A stretch of 63,556 nt of DNA, the filler included, from Nemertoderma westbladi (Eukaryota > Animalia > Xenacoelomorpha): the NCBI GenBank assembly GCA_032718475.1. It is 4 parts of 4 records of this genome, joined end to end, with 100 filler letters (N's around TTAATTAATTAA, not from the genome) between each part and the next. Parts side by side here need not be neighbours in the genome. Positions count along the whole stretch, not along the records: positions 1 to 22,792 come from JAUCBJ010001444.1; 3 more parts are not named here. The stretch is one strand, 5' to 3'. The notes beneath the pieces were generated by a model. It searched no databases and was not told the DNA's origin. It worked only from the letters and a program-made list of their open reading frames with translations. A program made the position numbers and the translations under genes. This document shows positions 11,905 to 22,892 of this stretch, piece after piece. The first letter of the stretch is position 1, and each line of letters starts with the position of its first letter.

Positions 11905-13795
11905 CTGCATTATATATATTACAAATATATAATATTAAGAATGCTGTGCCGGCTTGTCGACAAAATTGAGCCGCCATAACTCAATATCACCCATGACATT
12001 TGGTAGATCATCTGATTTAAGAGCTTCTTTAAGAACGTTTTCTTTAAGATGCGTCTCAAGAATGTCATGTGCTGTCCACTATGCTTATTCGCTCCATGAG
12101 GCCGCCAAAGCACAAGATTAAGCACTATGGCTGGTCCTTACGGCGAAAGCAATGTCCGGCAAAGCGGAGGCGGCTCCGTTCAAGTGTCAAACTGGTCCGA
12201 TTGTAGATGTGTTCATTGTACTTGACACAATAAACCCGGCGTAGCATTCTTGTGAATGTGCCACCCAGAGATTTGGTGTCCTCAGCAGTTAGAGCCCAGC
12301 ATGGACTCCCGTAGAGGAGTACTGGAACTACTGCTGCTCTAAATAATCGGACCTTAAGTTTCCGATGAATTCTGTGTGACTTCCAAATCCTGGAAAGCCT
12401 ATTCCAGGCTGCCCATGCCTTTCCCTTACGAATTCGAAGGTCCACACCTGACTTCCGGATCCATGATCCCAGGTAATAGAAGTCGTCCACATGCTCACGC
12501 ATACCATCCTTTGAGCTTATGCTCATACTATCAGACATTTCCTGAGGACTTTCAAAGTTAACTGTCGAAATTGTGTTCTTTTGAGAGTTAATAAATAGAC
12601 CAACACTAGAAGCAGCTTCTTCTAATGAGCGGAGGAGCTCCTTCTAGCAGTGCCGGATTACCCAATGTGCACAGTGTGCACGTACACAGGGGCCTCCACC
12701 ACTGAGGGGCCTCCACCATTCAACACTCAAAAAATTATGAAAAAAAATAAACAGAAAAACATACAGGAAAGGACAGTGGTTTAGTACATAAATGTTTAAG
12801 TTATTCACTAGTAGGAGTAGGCCTACACGTATATGCTATAAAGTTTCAATTTGATGTTCAGCTTACAGTAGTAGGTCTACAATACACTTACATGCTGACA
12901 TGTATGTATACAGTACTGTTTTGCTAACTGTAGCTATGGCAGACCGATCAGCAGACCGACACGTCGAAAAGAAATGAAAGCAAATGTCTGCCCATGAAAA
13001 ACGTAAAGAGAGGAGACGCACGGAATCTGCGGCTATTGCAGGAATACAGCCACTTACAGCTTTCTTTGGACCAGTGGCAGGGGCAGCAATAAGTGAAGAG
13101 AGTGACGACGGTATGATGCCGGCTCCAGTTGTTTACCAGGTACGGACTCGGACTGTGAGCAGTGTGAGGTCCAAGAGGGAGACATATGTAGATGTGCAGA
13201 AAGATCCAGACAGCCAGAGACGGAACCTAAAGTCCTGCTTGTTGATTGTGATGTCGGCCTGTGGCCAGATAAACTTACTGACGTTCGAATTGATGATATG
13301 GTTAACTTGGATGTGTCCAAGCTACAGCATGCGGATCCAAAGTTACTTGAACTGTCCACAGTGCAGACAGTTCAGAAGGAAGGACGTTCAGTAGCTCGGA
13401 AGTGTTGTGTGAGCATGTTTGAACGCAACCTAAAGAACACAAAGTCTTCCAAGCGCACCTGGTTGTGCTTTAGTCCATATTATACACGACTTTGCGTCTC
13501 GCAAGGCTCGTAAAGTTGTTTTCTAAATAATGTACTATACGTATACTGGATAGATTGGTTTTTGTATTATTATTCTTTGTTTTATTTATAATAATCGTTT
13601 AAATCTAAATATATCTCTCTATCTCTGATCGATCAGGGGCCCCCACCAATCACGTGCACAGGGGCCCCCACCGGGCTTGAACAGGCTCTGCCTTCTAGTG
13701 ATTCTGAGAGTACTCCTAAGTCATCAGCAAAGTCTAGATCAGTTAGGTACTTGGTAGGATTTCCCCATCTTCTGGAACGGTAGGGGGTGTTACTA
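11905..13795 (-). mobile_element. RTE-like LINE 3' fragment, split by a hAT insertion
   Basis: LTDLDFADDL at ~13720-13750; FYYLGS, KVRLFRAAVVPVLLYGS, RLRFAGHCFR; highly similar to the copy at 42500-42850. Confidence 0.88.
12648..13690 (+). mobile_element. Internally deleted hAT DNA transposon with a transposase N-terminal remnant
   Basis: 8-bp TSD CCTTCTAG (12640-12647, 13691-13698); termini CAGTGCC.../...GGCTCTG; subterminal GTGCACAGGGGCC repeats; RTWLCFS resembles the RxWLxYS start of the TTF zinc finger of ZMYM1/Tip100-type hATs. Confidence 0.85.
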
Positions 13796-16700
13796 TCCTC
13801 TTCTGTGCGCCTTTGGGTTGGGGTTCAGATTAAAAGGGGGGATTTGAAGGAACTTTTCCATCTTCTTTTATTTATTGGCGGTTTGGTTAAATTTCTTAAA
13901 TACCAGATTTTGAAATAGAATCGCTCAATTTTAATTTGTTTCTCATCACTGAGCGTTGTGCTGCGCGAAGGCCCAACGGCCATGGATAACACTATTCTGG
14001 CCTCGTTGAAGGAGAAAAATCTAACATGAGCTATGAGGCTTAAGGCTTCTTCTAGTCTCATATTATATTTATCTAGAATGTGTCGGTAGCTACAGTAGTA
14101 CTTGCTAATTAATTGCATGTGCAAAAGTCAGTCCTAATGTAAAAACATCCACATAGAAATCAATACAATCGTATGTAAATAAGAAGCTATATGATACTAG
14201 AAACTTTGATTGTATCTCTAACCATCAGCTTATGAATCCTACTACATAATATTCCTATAGCCAAAAACACCGACAGCATATGCAGCTACTGTGAAACCTT
14301 TCAGTAACAAAGTAGTTGGAAAAGTTTTGTGAAATTGCTCGAAAGGTGATGGCGGCCCATAAAGATGCGAATATATTTAAACGTTATGTATGTGGGACGA
14401 GATGCGTAGTCGTCGAGACTAGGCATACGGTATCATTTAGGGCAAATGGTGCATTGCAGACTGTCTGTCTGTTTGCCTGGTAAATATTTAAACGCGAATT
14501 TCTCGGCATTTCTGGCTCGGAATTCATCCAAAATTCGTAATGTAGGTAGTAAGTAAGAGGGAAATTTGAGAACATTTATAAAGTTTGGTGAAAAATCATG
14601 CATTCTCATCTCAGCTACACGACAGATTATTGTTTTTAAGAAAATATTAAATTTCTCGGGTACGCCTCATTTTTCAGAGCTGAAATTGGTTGCTTGTAGA
14701 AATATCATGAACTCCTAATTTTACGAAATGGAAAAGTTAAGACAATTTGTGATCCGCTGGAGACTCCGAAGTAATGACAAACCTGTACGGTACTGGTACT
14801 GTTTACACCGAAATAAGTCTGGCCGATTTATATAAATGATTGATCGAATTATTTCGGTTTTTATGAAAAGTCTGAAATTACCGCTACCGACTGACATACT
14901 GTCTCATTTTGACCAGACTTCAGATTCTTTCTATACCTTGGTTGACGGACTGCAAACATAACAAGTTTAGTTTAATTTCAACAATGAATTTAACTAAACT
15001 TGGTACGTACCGTATGCAGTCTCGTGCTGCGTTGAGGCCCTACGAACGTGTTTATTTACATGCAAAATAAATTCAACTCCTGCAATAGTTTAACAAATAT
15101 TTTTTTCGATGATAAATTTCGAATTATCTACAAACGAAAAATATAGAGAACAATCTATTATTGTTAAAAAATATTATGTAGGTTTATAAAATGCCCTTGG
15201 GATTTTCGGCATTTGCTAAGCTGTCTGCTGTGACTCACTCACATCAATAATCTGTCATGCACAAATACTGAAAATAATTGAGATTTATTGTTATCAGCCA
15301 TACAATGAGGAAATTCCGTCAAAGCTCAAAGGGTGGTGATTTAATTAAGTGATAGTCGCTGCTATTCCAAAATCAATACAGGTCCGTTGTAATCGATAAT
15401 TTCGTAACCACATCTGCCGGTTAAACTTGTCAATTAACCCGCGTAATTTTACACACTGTGTTTATGTCTGAATGTTTCAGGTTTATCCTGTTTCTTAGAG
15501 TTCTTTCAACTTATCAATTTACCCCTCAACTTGCCCTGATTAGAGATTAAAAAATTGGCCGGCATTTCAAAAAGACAATATAAGCCTGCTATCTCTGAGA
15601 AGAGTTAATAACTTCCAACTACATATTTTTTACAATAAAAAACAACAAATCAGATTTATTAAATAAATTTTCAATATTGCAATTTAATATCTGCTTGGTA
15701 CCATACCAGGTCTGCTCTGCCTCTCCGCACGGGTGGGGGGCGGTCTTGGATTGAGCCTGCCTGTGCAACTTGCACCCCCGCCTTCTTGTCTTCTGCGGCT
15801 GCCTGCATAGCTCTGTGTCTCTCTGTCTCTTCAGTGGCAGCCGCTATAATAACAATATTGGAGTTCAACATTGGAATTAATTATAAAATCAATAAAAATA
15901 AAATATACATTATTGATACGAACTGACACAGACTGCTTATAATTGTTACATACAACATCCGGCAATCAACAACGGCAATCACCTTCATAACGCCACCCAC
16001 GAACCGCGGTTCCAGCAATTTCTGTTGCTTCGCCTAGAGATGGCAATTTTGATCGGCAATTCTGCATCATTGATGGGAACTGCTGCCACACCTACCACCA
16101 TCAGGGACTAAACTCGCTGTCATAAACAAATTCGGAGACCCCATTGAGGTCTGACGAGACCGGATAGAAACAGGAGAGACGCCTTCGATCAAATGTTTTG
16201 TTTTAGTTCTTTGTTTTGGTTGACTATTTATTGTGATTGATTGTCAGGATTAAACGGATACTCTAAATCACTAACTCAGAAGGTAGAGATATACCCCAAC
16301 ATTTTAAATGAAACGGAAGTTAATTGTCAATTAAGGTATATTGAGCTTAGCATCAGTTCCATTTAGCCAAGCCACAGTGATAATATTTTCTGAAGGAAAG
16401 TCTTTAATTACATTATATATTATACTAAGAAAGGATGTTACCTAAAACTGTGGTCTGGGCTCTCGGGCCACAGTGCGCACACCAAAACAATAAACGGGAG
16501 TCCATTAATAGCATACTGTATAGCTTAGGCCTACAGTTTTATTTTTGTTGGCAATCTTTCAGATGCAGGTGTTATTTGAGTCGATTTTCCCCTAGGGAGC
16601 CTACAATTTCTATAAGTATTTTCCGATGTGTGACGAAGTTTTTTCTCGGGAACAGTTTTGGTCTACTGAAAATTATTTAGAGTCACGTCACGTCCTTATA

Positions 16701-17053
16701 GTGTGGAAATACATTTTTTCATTGTTGTTGACTGTTCGATCGTACAGAGAGAGAGAGCCGTACTCATTATACAACTAACAATGTATCATACTGTAGTTTA
16801 GCTTAACAAATTGTTATACTTTAAATTAATATAATAAACATTCCACATCGGTGAGTTTATGTTTATTATCACATAATATAGGTTAGCAACTGTTAATTAA
16901 ATTTAATATTCTGCCAGGAAAATAAATGAAAAGTACGACAAACAACCAGGACATTTACATTACGGACCATATCATATAACTGAACTGTTCTGATTTAACG
17001 AGAATTTATAAATTAAATAAAGAGCAGCAATAATGGAGGTTTAAGTCAACTTC

Positions 17054-17215
17054 TCAGGCCGAGTAGAATTCAACTCCGTAGGGAGGCGCTACGAAAACGC
17101 ATGTTGCGTCCATAAAGGAGTTCTTCGCCCAGCATTTATTTTTCCCTGCAAGTTGACATCTACATTCCAAGGTCTTCTTGTAGGCTTTCATGCACGGCTG
17201 CATCTGCATGCAAGG
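17054..17215 (-). CDS. Putative terminal exon encoding a 53-aa 6-Cys peptide (copy 1)
   Basis: Acceptor ttttacattttatag, then PCMQMQPCMKAYKKTLECRCQLAGKNKCWAKNSFMDATCVFVAPPYGVEFYSA*; indel-free paralog at 20667-20828. Confidence 0.5.
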   Translation of the reverse strand, partial: PCMQMQPCMKAYKKTLECRCQLAGKNKCWAKNSFMDATCVFVAPPYGVEFYSA

Positions 17216-17429
17216 CTATAAAATGTAAAATAAACAACAGTGTTAGTAAAAAGTAGGATAAAAACTAAGGATATTTATTATCTTGACGCTAAAGAGGAGC
17301 ATCAGGACAATGTGTAAGTAATCGTGTAAATCTGATTAATTCGGAGAATTCAGGGTCGAATTTGTGATTGCATCACGACCCAACCCCCCCCCCCCCCCCC
17401 TTCCCAACTCCCACCTCCATAGAAGAATA

Positions 17430-17670
17430 TCTGTCTATTGGTTGTAGGTTTGAACTCGAACCCCACCAGTAGTGTCCAGGTCCACTCAGCCTTTCATCCA
17501 CTAGGGTCGATAAAATGAGGACCAGACTGGGAGCAAACTAGAGATCCGCGAGAGGAATAGCGGCTTCGAAATAGGAGACTTAGTGTCGCCCCCTGCTCCA
17601 GCCGACTGTTTGTTTGCTTGATGCGGCCGTCTCACTTTCATAATATACCTTCAATCACTTTGAATAATAA
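17430..17670 (+). mobile_element. SINE with conserved central domain
   Basis: Degenerate B-box ggtttgaac, then ctcagcctttcatccactagggtcgataaaatgaggaccag, similar to 20295-20335 and (from memory) to a central domain of widespread metazoan tRNA SINEs. Confidence 0.55.
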
Positions 17671-17841
17671 ACTTATATAAAGTGTGGCAAGCAGTTTAAA
17701 ACCTTAATCGTATACCGGTAGTATATATCTCTCTATAGAAGGTTTTCTCTAAACAAATAGTGTCAAGTACAATGAACACATGTCCAATCAGACTTTATGC
17801 AACATTTGAGGTTTTTCATTAGTCTCCCATAGCTTAACAAT

Positions 17842-18800
17842 TGAACAGAACCGCCTCCACTTTGCAGGACATTGCTTTCGCCGTGAGGACCAGCCAGTGC
17901 ATAATCTTGAGTTTTGGCGGCCTCATAGAATAATTATGAATAAGCTTGGTGGACTGGATACATTAGGACAACGATTTTGAACAAATCTTCGCGATTTTCG
18001 CGATCTTCGCAAACGTCGCGATTTTTGCGAAGATTGCGAAAATCGCGAAATTTCGCAAACGTCGCGATCTTCGCGACATATTTTGTGTTTACCAATACTA
18101 TAGGTGGAGCTTTGCAAACGTCGCGATCTTCTCGAATGTTCTAGAACATTTTTTAAGAAGTAAGAAACTCTATAATGAAAAATATATTTTTTAAAATTTT
18201 TCAAGAATAAAATATATTATTAGTTCTAGAGAAAAAAAATTTTTTTTAAATAAAATAGCTAACATGTTCTATAGTATATATATATGACACTATTAGTAAT
18301 AGTACTGTTTATAGAATTCTAGAATGTTATATAATATATAACATTCTAGAATTCTATAAACATAGACAGATGGTATAAAATTGTATTCTAGAAGTCCATA
18401 TATTTGTGTAGGCCTTCCAGAAATTTTGCTATTTTTGCGTCGCTGTACCTATAATGGTATTAATAAATAATATTATTAAAGGTTGAGAAGTTTTTTTATC
18501 GAAGATCCACCTATAGTATTGGTAAACACAAAATTTCGCAAATATCGCGACGTTCGCGAAGCTCCATCTATAGTATTGGTAAACACAAAATATCGCGAAG
18601 ATCGCGACGTTTGCGAAGCTCCATCTATAGTATTGGTAAACACAAAATATGTCGCGAAAATCGCGACATTTGCGAAGATCGCGAAAATCGCGAAGAAATG
18701 TTCGAAATCGTTGCCTTACTCACTGGACAGCCCATGAATTTATTGAGACTTGAAGATGCGGATGATCTATCAAATGTCATGGAGTTGTTTCGTTTTAATT
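17842..18800 (+). mobile_element. RTE-like LINE 3' fragment interrupted by a fold-back element
   Basis: EQNRLHFAGHCFRREDQPVHNL..WRPH at 17842-17925; resumes at ~18722 (ggacagcccatg...gatgatctatcaaatgtcatgg), matching the 11990-12080 copy. Confidence 0.7.
17966..18716. mobile_element. Fold-back MITE with long TIRs built from TCGCGA-rich repeats
   Basis: caacgattttgaacaaatcttcgcgattttcgcg... at the left end is the reverse complement of ...cgcgaaaatcgcgaagaaatgttcgaaatcgttg; flanked by TA; three internal ctatagtattggtaaacacaaaat units. Confidence 0.8.
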
Positions 18801-20184
18801 TTGTGGACAAGCCGGGACATCTTTCTTAATATATATGTAATATATATAATGCGTGTTGTGTGTTGTATATATTGTGTTGGACTTTATAATATATTATACG
18901 CAATAAACAGATCGTAAAAAAATCTAAAATTATATTTAATCACAAAAACTATTTTATCATTTCGGGTTTAAGTAGAGTCTTGTAGTAGAGATTGAATCGA
19001 ATAGCTCAAATTGTGGGGATAACTTTATCAAACTTGCATCCGATGTACTATGATGCAGTTGCTAATCCATCATGTGGTAGGCTGCCTACGATTCTCTTTC
19101 CGTATGTATCAAAGAGCATTAATGTGCTGCTAATAATATACTCAATCGATTTAACATTTTCTGTCTGTTTAACATGCATCAGTTAAAGCATGTTCGGTAA
19201 CCGGACCTTCAACTTCTGACTTTTGTTTTTCAAAGCCAAACACAGAAACAACTGATTGTTTGCCTTTAGCTGAAACTAAAATGCTTCCCGAAAATGTTAA
19301 CAAATATTTATCCAGAATTAATTAATGCTTTTAATCCCAATTCTCAGATGGTTGTACAACGTAATGGTTATTGGTTGGAGGGGGGGGTTTGCATGTACGT
19401 CACATCCAAATAACGTACGTCATTATTTCATCGTTAATTTCATTCACATACGAATTAATGGCTGCCAGCTAAAATGTCAAATGCTACAAGGTATATCACA
19501 ATGATTTAGGTACGACTGCTGCGGTGGCAGATAAATTACAGTTAAGTCTTAGGGAAACGATAATTTTATTCCTATCCGTTCCAACTTTCAATTAAGATAG
19601 AATGCATAAGCCTCTTACCTTTCAACATTAAATTTTCTCTCCTACTGTAAGTTCTATTATTTTGAAACTTACTGGATGGTTGAAATTTGATCTTTCTACC
19701 ACCCACACCCCAAGTAATGAATGGCACGCTGTACTGCTAGCCATATGGGCCTATACACAACTAGCTGTCTGTAATAACATAGAGTAATTTTCTAAAGTTG
19801 GATATTTATTATGAACTGGAACGTAGTTATTCGAAAGCTTGTTACTTGAATTGATTGGTCGCTTTGTGAGGAAAGTGGCCCTAGTGTCCCTGAAAACAGT
19901 TTATAATAATTTACAAATTACATATTTACTATAAATAAACGTATTATTGTTAAATATATATTTATCTATAAAAATATAACATAATTATAAAAAGTGTGTT
20001 TGTTGCCTTGTGAGTCGAAATTTTTCCTATGGACCAGTTCGTTCGTTCCTATCCGAAAGTATTTGTTGTAACGAAAAGTCATGGAGTAATATTTATATTT
20101 TTTAATGGTAGTTGACTGTAAGATGGAGAGACAGATAACCCTTCAATACAACTTACCTATGTTTTATAATTTTACTTAAATAAT

Positions 20185-20405
20185 TAGTCTAGTGGTGGCA
20201 TACCTGGGCTTCCAATCAGGAGGCACAGGTTCGATCCCTAGATGGGGCAGCACTGTTTTGGCGCAGTGCTTTAAATACTGCAGCCTAGCCCAACCCTGGC
20301 TTTCATCTTTAACTGGTCGATAAATGGGAACCAAGGCAACTTGGGAAACAGATCACCCATGGTGGTGGACAGGCATTCATTGGCTTATAACGAGCCTAAA
20401 AAAAG
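20185..20405 (+). mobile_element. tRNA(Gly)-derived SINE
   Basis: A-box TAGTCTAGTGG, CTTCCAA loop, B-box GGTTCGATCC, central domain ctttcatc...ggtcgataaatgggaacca, A-rich end. Confidence 0.7.
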
Positions 20406-20666
20406 AATCTCCCATTCATTAATTTACTTTCATTTTATATACATTCCACCTGGGTGAATTTCTTCAGAGCCATATCAGATGAGATCTGTTAGAGTTAATT
20501 AATATTAATATTCTGCCCAGAAACTAAAGGAAATTACGTTGCGACAAAAACCACCACATTTAATCAATGGACCATATCATAAATGACATGTTCTTAATTG
20601 AAAATAATATTTAATTAAATAATAATATCCATATTTAGTTACAAGAATGGAGGTTAAGTCAACTAT

Positions 20667-20828
20667 TCAGGCCGAGTAGAATTCCACACCGTAGGGAGGC
20701 GCTACGAAAACGCATGTTGCGTCCATAAAGGAGTTCTTCGCCCAGCATTTATTTTGCCCAGAAAGTTGACATTTACATTTCAAGGTCTTCTCGGAGGTTT
20801 TCTTGCATGGCTGCTTCTGCATGCAAGG
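20667..20828 (-). CDS. Putative terminal exon encoding a 53-aa 6-Cys peptide (copy 2)
   Basis: Acceptor tttccttttctag, then PCMQKQPCKKTSEKTLKCKCQLSGQNKCWAKNSFMDATCVFVAPPYGVEFYSA*; all Cys and the stop position are conserved with copy 1. Confidence 0.5.
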   Translation of the reverse strand, partial: PCMQKQPCKKTSEKTLKCKCQLSGQNKCWAKNSFMDATCVFVAPPYGVEFYSA

Positions 20829-22792
20829 CTAGAAAAGGAAAATACATAACAGGTAATAAAAAGTAGCACTTTTTCATGAAAATAACAAGGATTATTATCT
20901 TGATGCTATCTGGTCAATATTTATCGAAGATTCGAAGGAACCATTATTGAGAACTCTTACTTCTGGAATTTGAATCTGATAATCGCTTATTAAGCCAGTA
21001 AATCGTGTTCATCCTGGCATATTGGTGGTGATCTTTAATAGCAAAGCCTTTTCCTTAAGGTAACCCCAAATAGTAGTTATCTTGGTTTATATTTCGACGG
21101 ACGATAAGTGATGGTTTGCTGCATCAATAAACTCGGCCAATCGCTTAATTTCCAAACGTTATTTTACACCCAACACCTCGCACATTGTTACATAATAATA
21201 TAAACTTAACCGAAATGTAATTATTGATAGATCTGGTCTAATAATGGGTGTTCTGAAAGAAAGACGAATAAAATAAGGCAACATAAGAGTTAAAGGTAGG
21301 TACCGGTTGAGTGCGGTTAATTGCACAAATTATAAACATAATGGAAGAGTTTGGGCGCCGCACTTGAACCGCAGAACGAACGAGCAGTTTCCTGGGTTCC
21401 AAGAGTATCGAGATTTTGAAATAGCTTGGGATGATATAATTTCTCCATGTTGTATAATTCTCAAGATATCAAAAGTTGTATATTCTGGACCAATTACATT
21501 TTATTGAGGATATTAATTGTGATTTTTCCCCCCAGTCAGCAGTTTGCGATATTTTCTCCCGAGAATTTTCGAGTTTCCCTTGAGAGAAGTTTCCGAGATC
21601 GCCTCAAATCCGGTAGAGATAATGACCCATTATTGGCTGAGGGTGCTAAATGTTCTAAATGTGTGTCTGTCTACATTATGAAGTTCCATGGTTAATATAT
21701 GTATAAATATGATTTAACCCGTGTCGTCTTAGGAGCAGTGGTTGGAAAGATAATAGTTCGGAGAAGCCGCAACTATATTCATCATCCGTGTTTGGAGTAA
21801 TAAAAATAAACTACTACTACGATCGGTATACTGCATTGCAGCATTATATACAGTATATATTACAAATATATTAAGAATGCTGTGTCGGCTTGTCGACAAA
21901 ATTGCTCAACCACAACTGTGGGGAAGGAATGAGAGTGGGGAAGGAATAGAGACTACTCAAGGAGTGGGATATTTATACCACAGCCTGACGGGTCAGTCAG
22001 GGTGAGAAAGGAGGATGGGATAAACTAGAAAGGAAATCAGGGAGACAGGAATATAAAAACATAAGAAGTAATAAATAAAAGAATCAGAAAGACGGTGCTG
22101 GTTGTTCTTGTCATGTTGACCCCAGATGGGGAATATGCTGGGGTTAACGTTTCACCGATGGAGAGAGACAACTTCATGAACACTAATATCATTGTGCATC
22201 TTTGATAGGTTGGGATAGATTCTCAATTGATTTGGAAACATTAGGTAATCAGGTTGAACCGGTGCCAACAGAGAGTGATGAATATTATGAATGATCTTGG
22301 GATTAGTAAAGCCCAATCTAGCGCCAATCAAACCGCTCTCAATATGACCTTGTAACTTGTAAGAGACATCATCTAAGACATTGTACCAATAGTAAGCAAA
22401 CTACTATAGGGGGTGGATGATCCGGCGGGATGTTTAGGAACAATTGATGAGAGACAAAAAATGTGTTTGGTCAAAGAAATACTGAGAGGGCAGGAAGATG
22501 GATAGTAAAATGGAGCAGAGGGAGTGAGATGGAGGCCTATGGGGCTAGGAAATGGGGACATTTCAAAGGAGGAATAATCTGTCATCATGAAAATAATAGT
22601 GCGATAATTGTGAAAGAACGGCAGACGAATTCCTCTGAGGAGATTATAAACAAATGGGATTAGAAGAAAGTTAGCCTGCAATAGATATATACACAACACC
22701 ACATACTTGGGTGTTGTTGATTCTTTTTCTTTCTTGTTGTTTCGTTGTTGGTTCAGGAATGTATCAACACAAGGGTGTACTATCGGTGAAAC

Positions 22793-22892
22793 NNNNNNNN
22801 NNNNNNNNNNNNNNNNNNNNNNNNNNNNNNNNNNNNTTAATTAATTAANNNNNNNNNNNNNNNNNNNNNNNNNNNNNNNNNNNNNNNNNNNN
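22793..22892. other. Artificial contig linker
   Basis: 44 N + TTAATTAATTAA (stops in all six frames) + 44 N. Confidence 0.97.

Noticed and set aside
15671-16120. GC-richer exon-like segments on the minus strand
   Set aside because: An acceptor-like site is present, but there is no recognisable domain and stops occur in the adjacent segment; cannot assign.
21915-22790. Purine-rich block (similar in character to 31760-32620) as a coding region or LINE relic
   Set aside because: No diagnostic motif readable in any frame; probably very old retroelement debris, but unsupported.
22837-22848. TTAATTAATTAA as a biological PacI or piggyBac site
   Set aside because: Identical and centred in N-runs three times; it is a synthetic linker.
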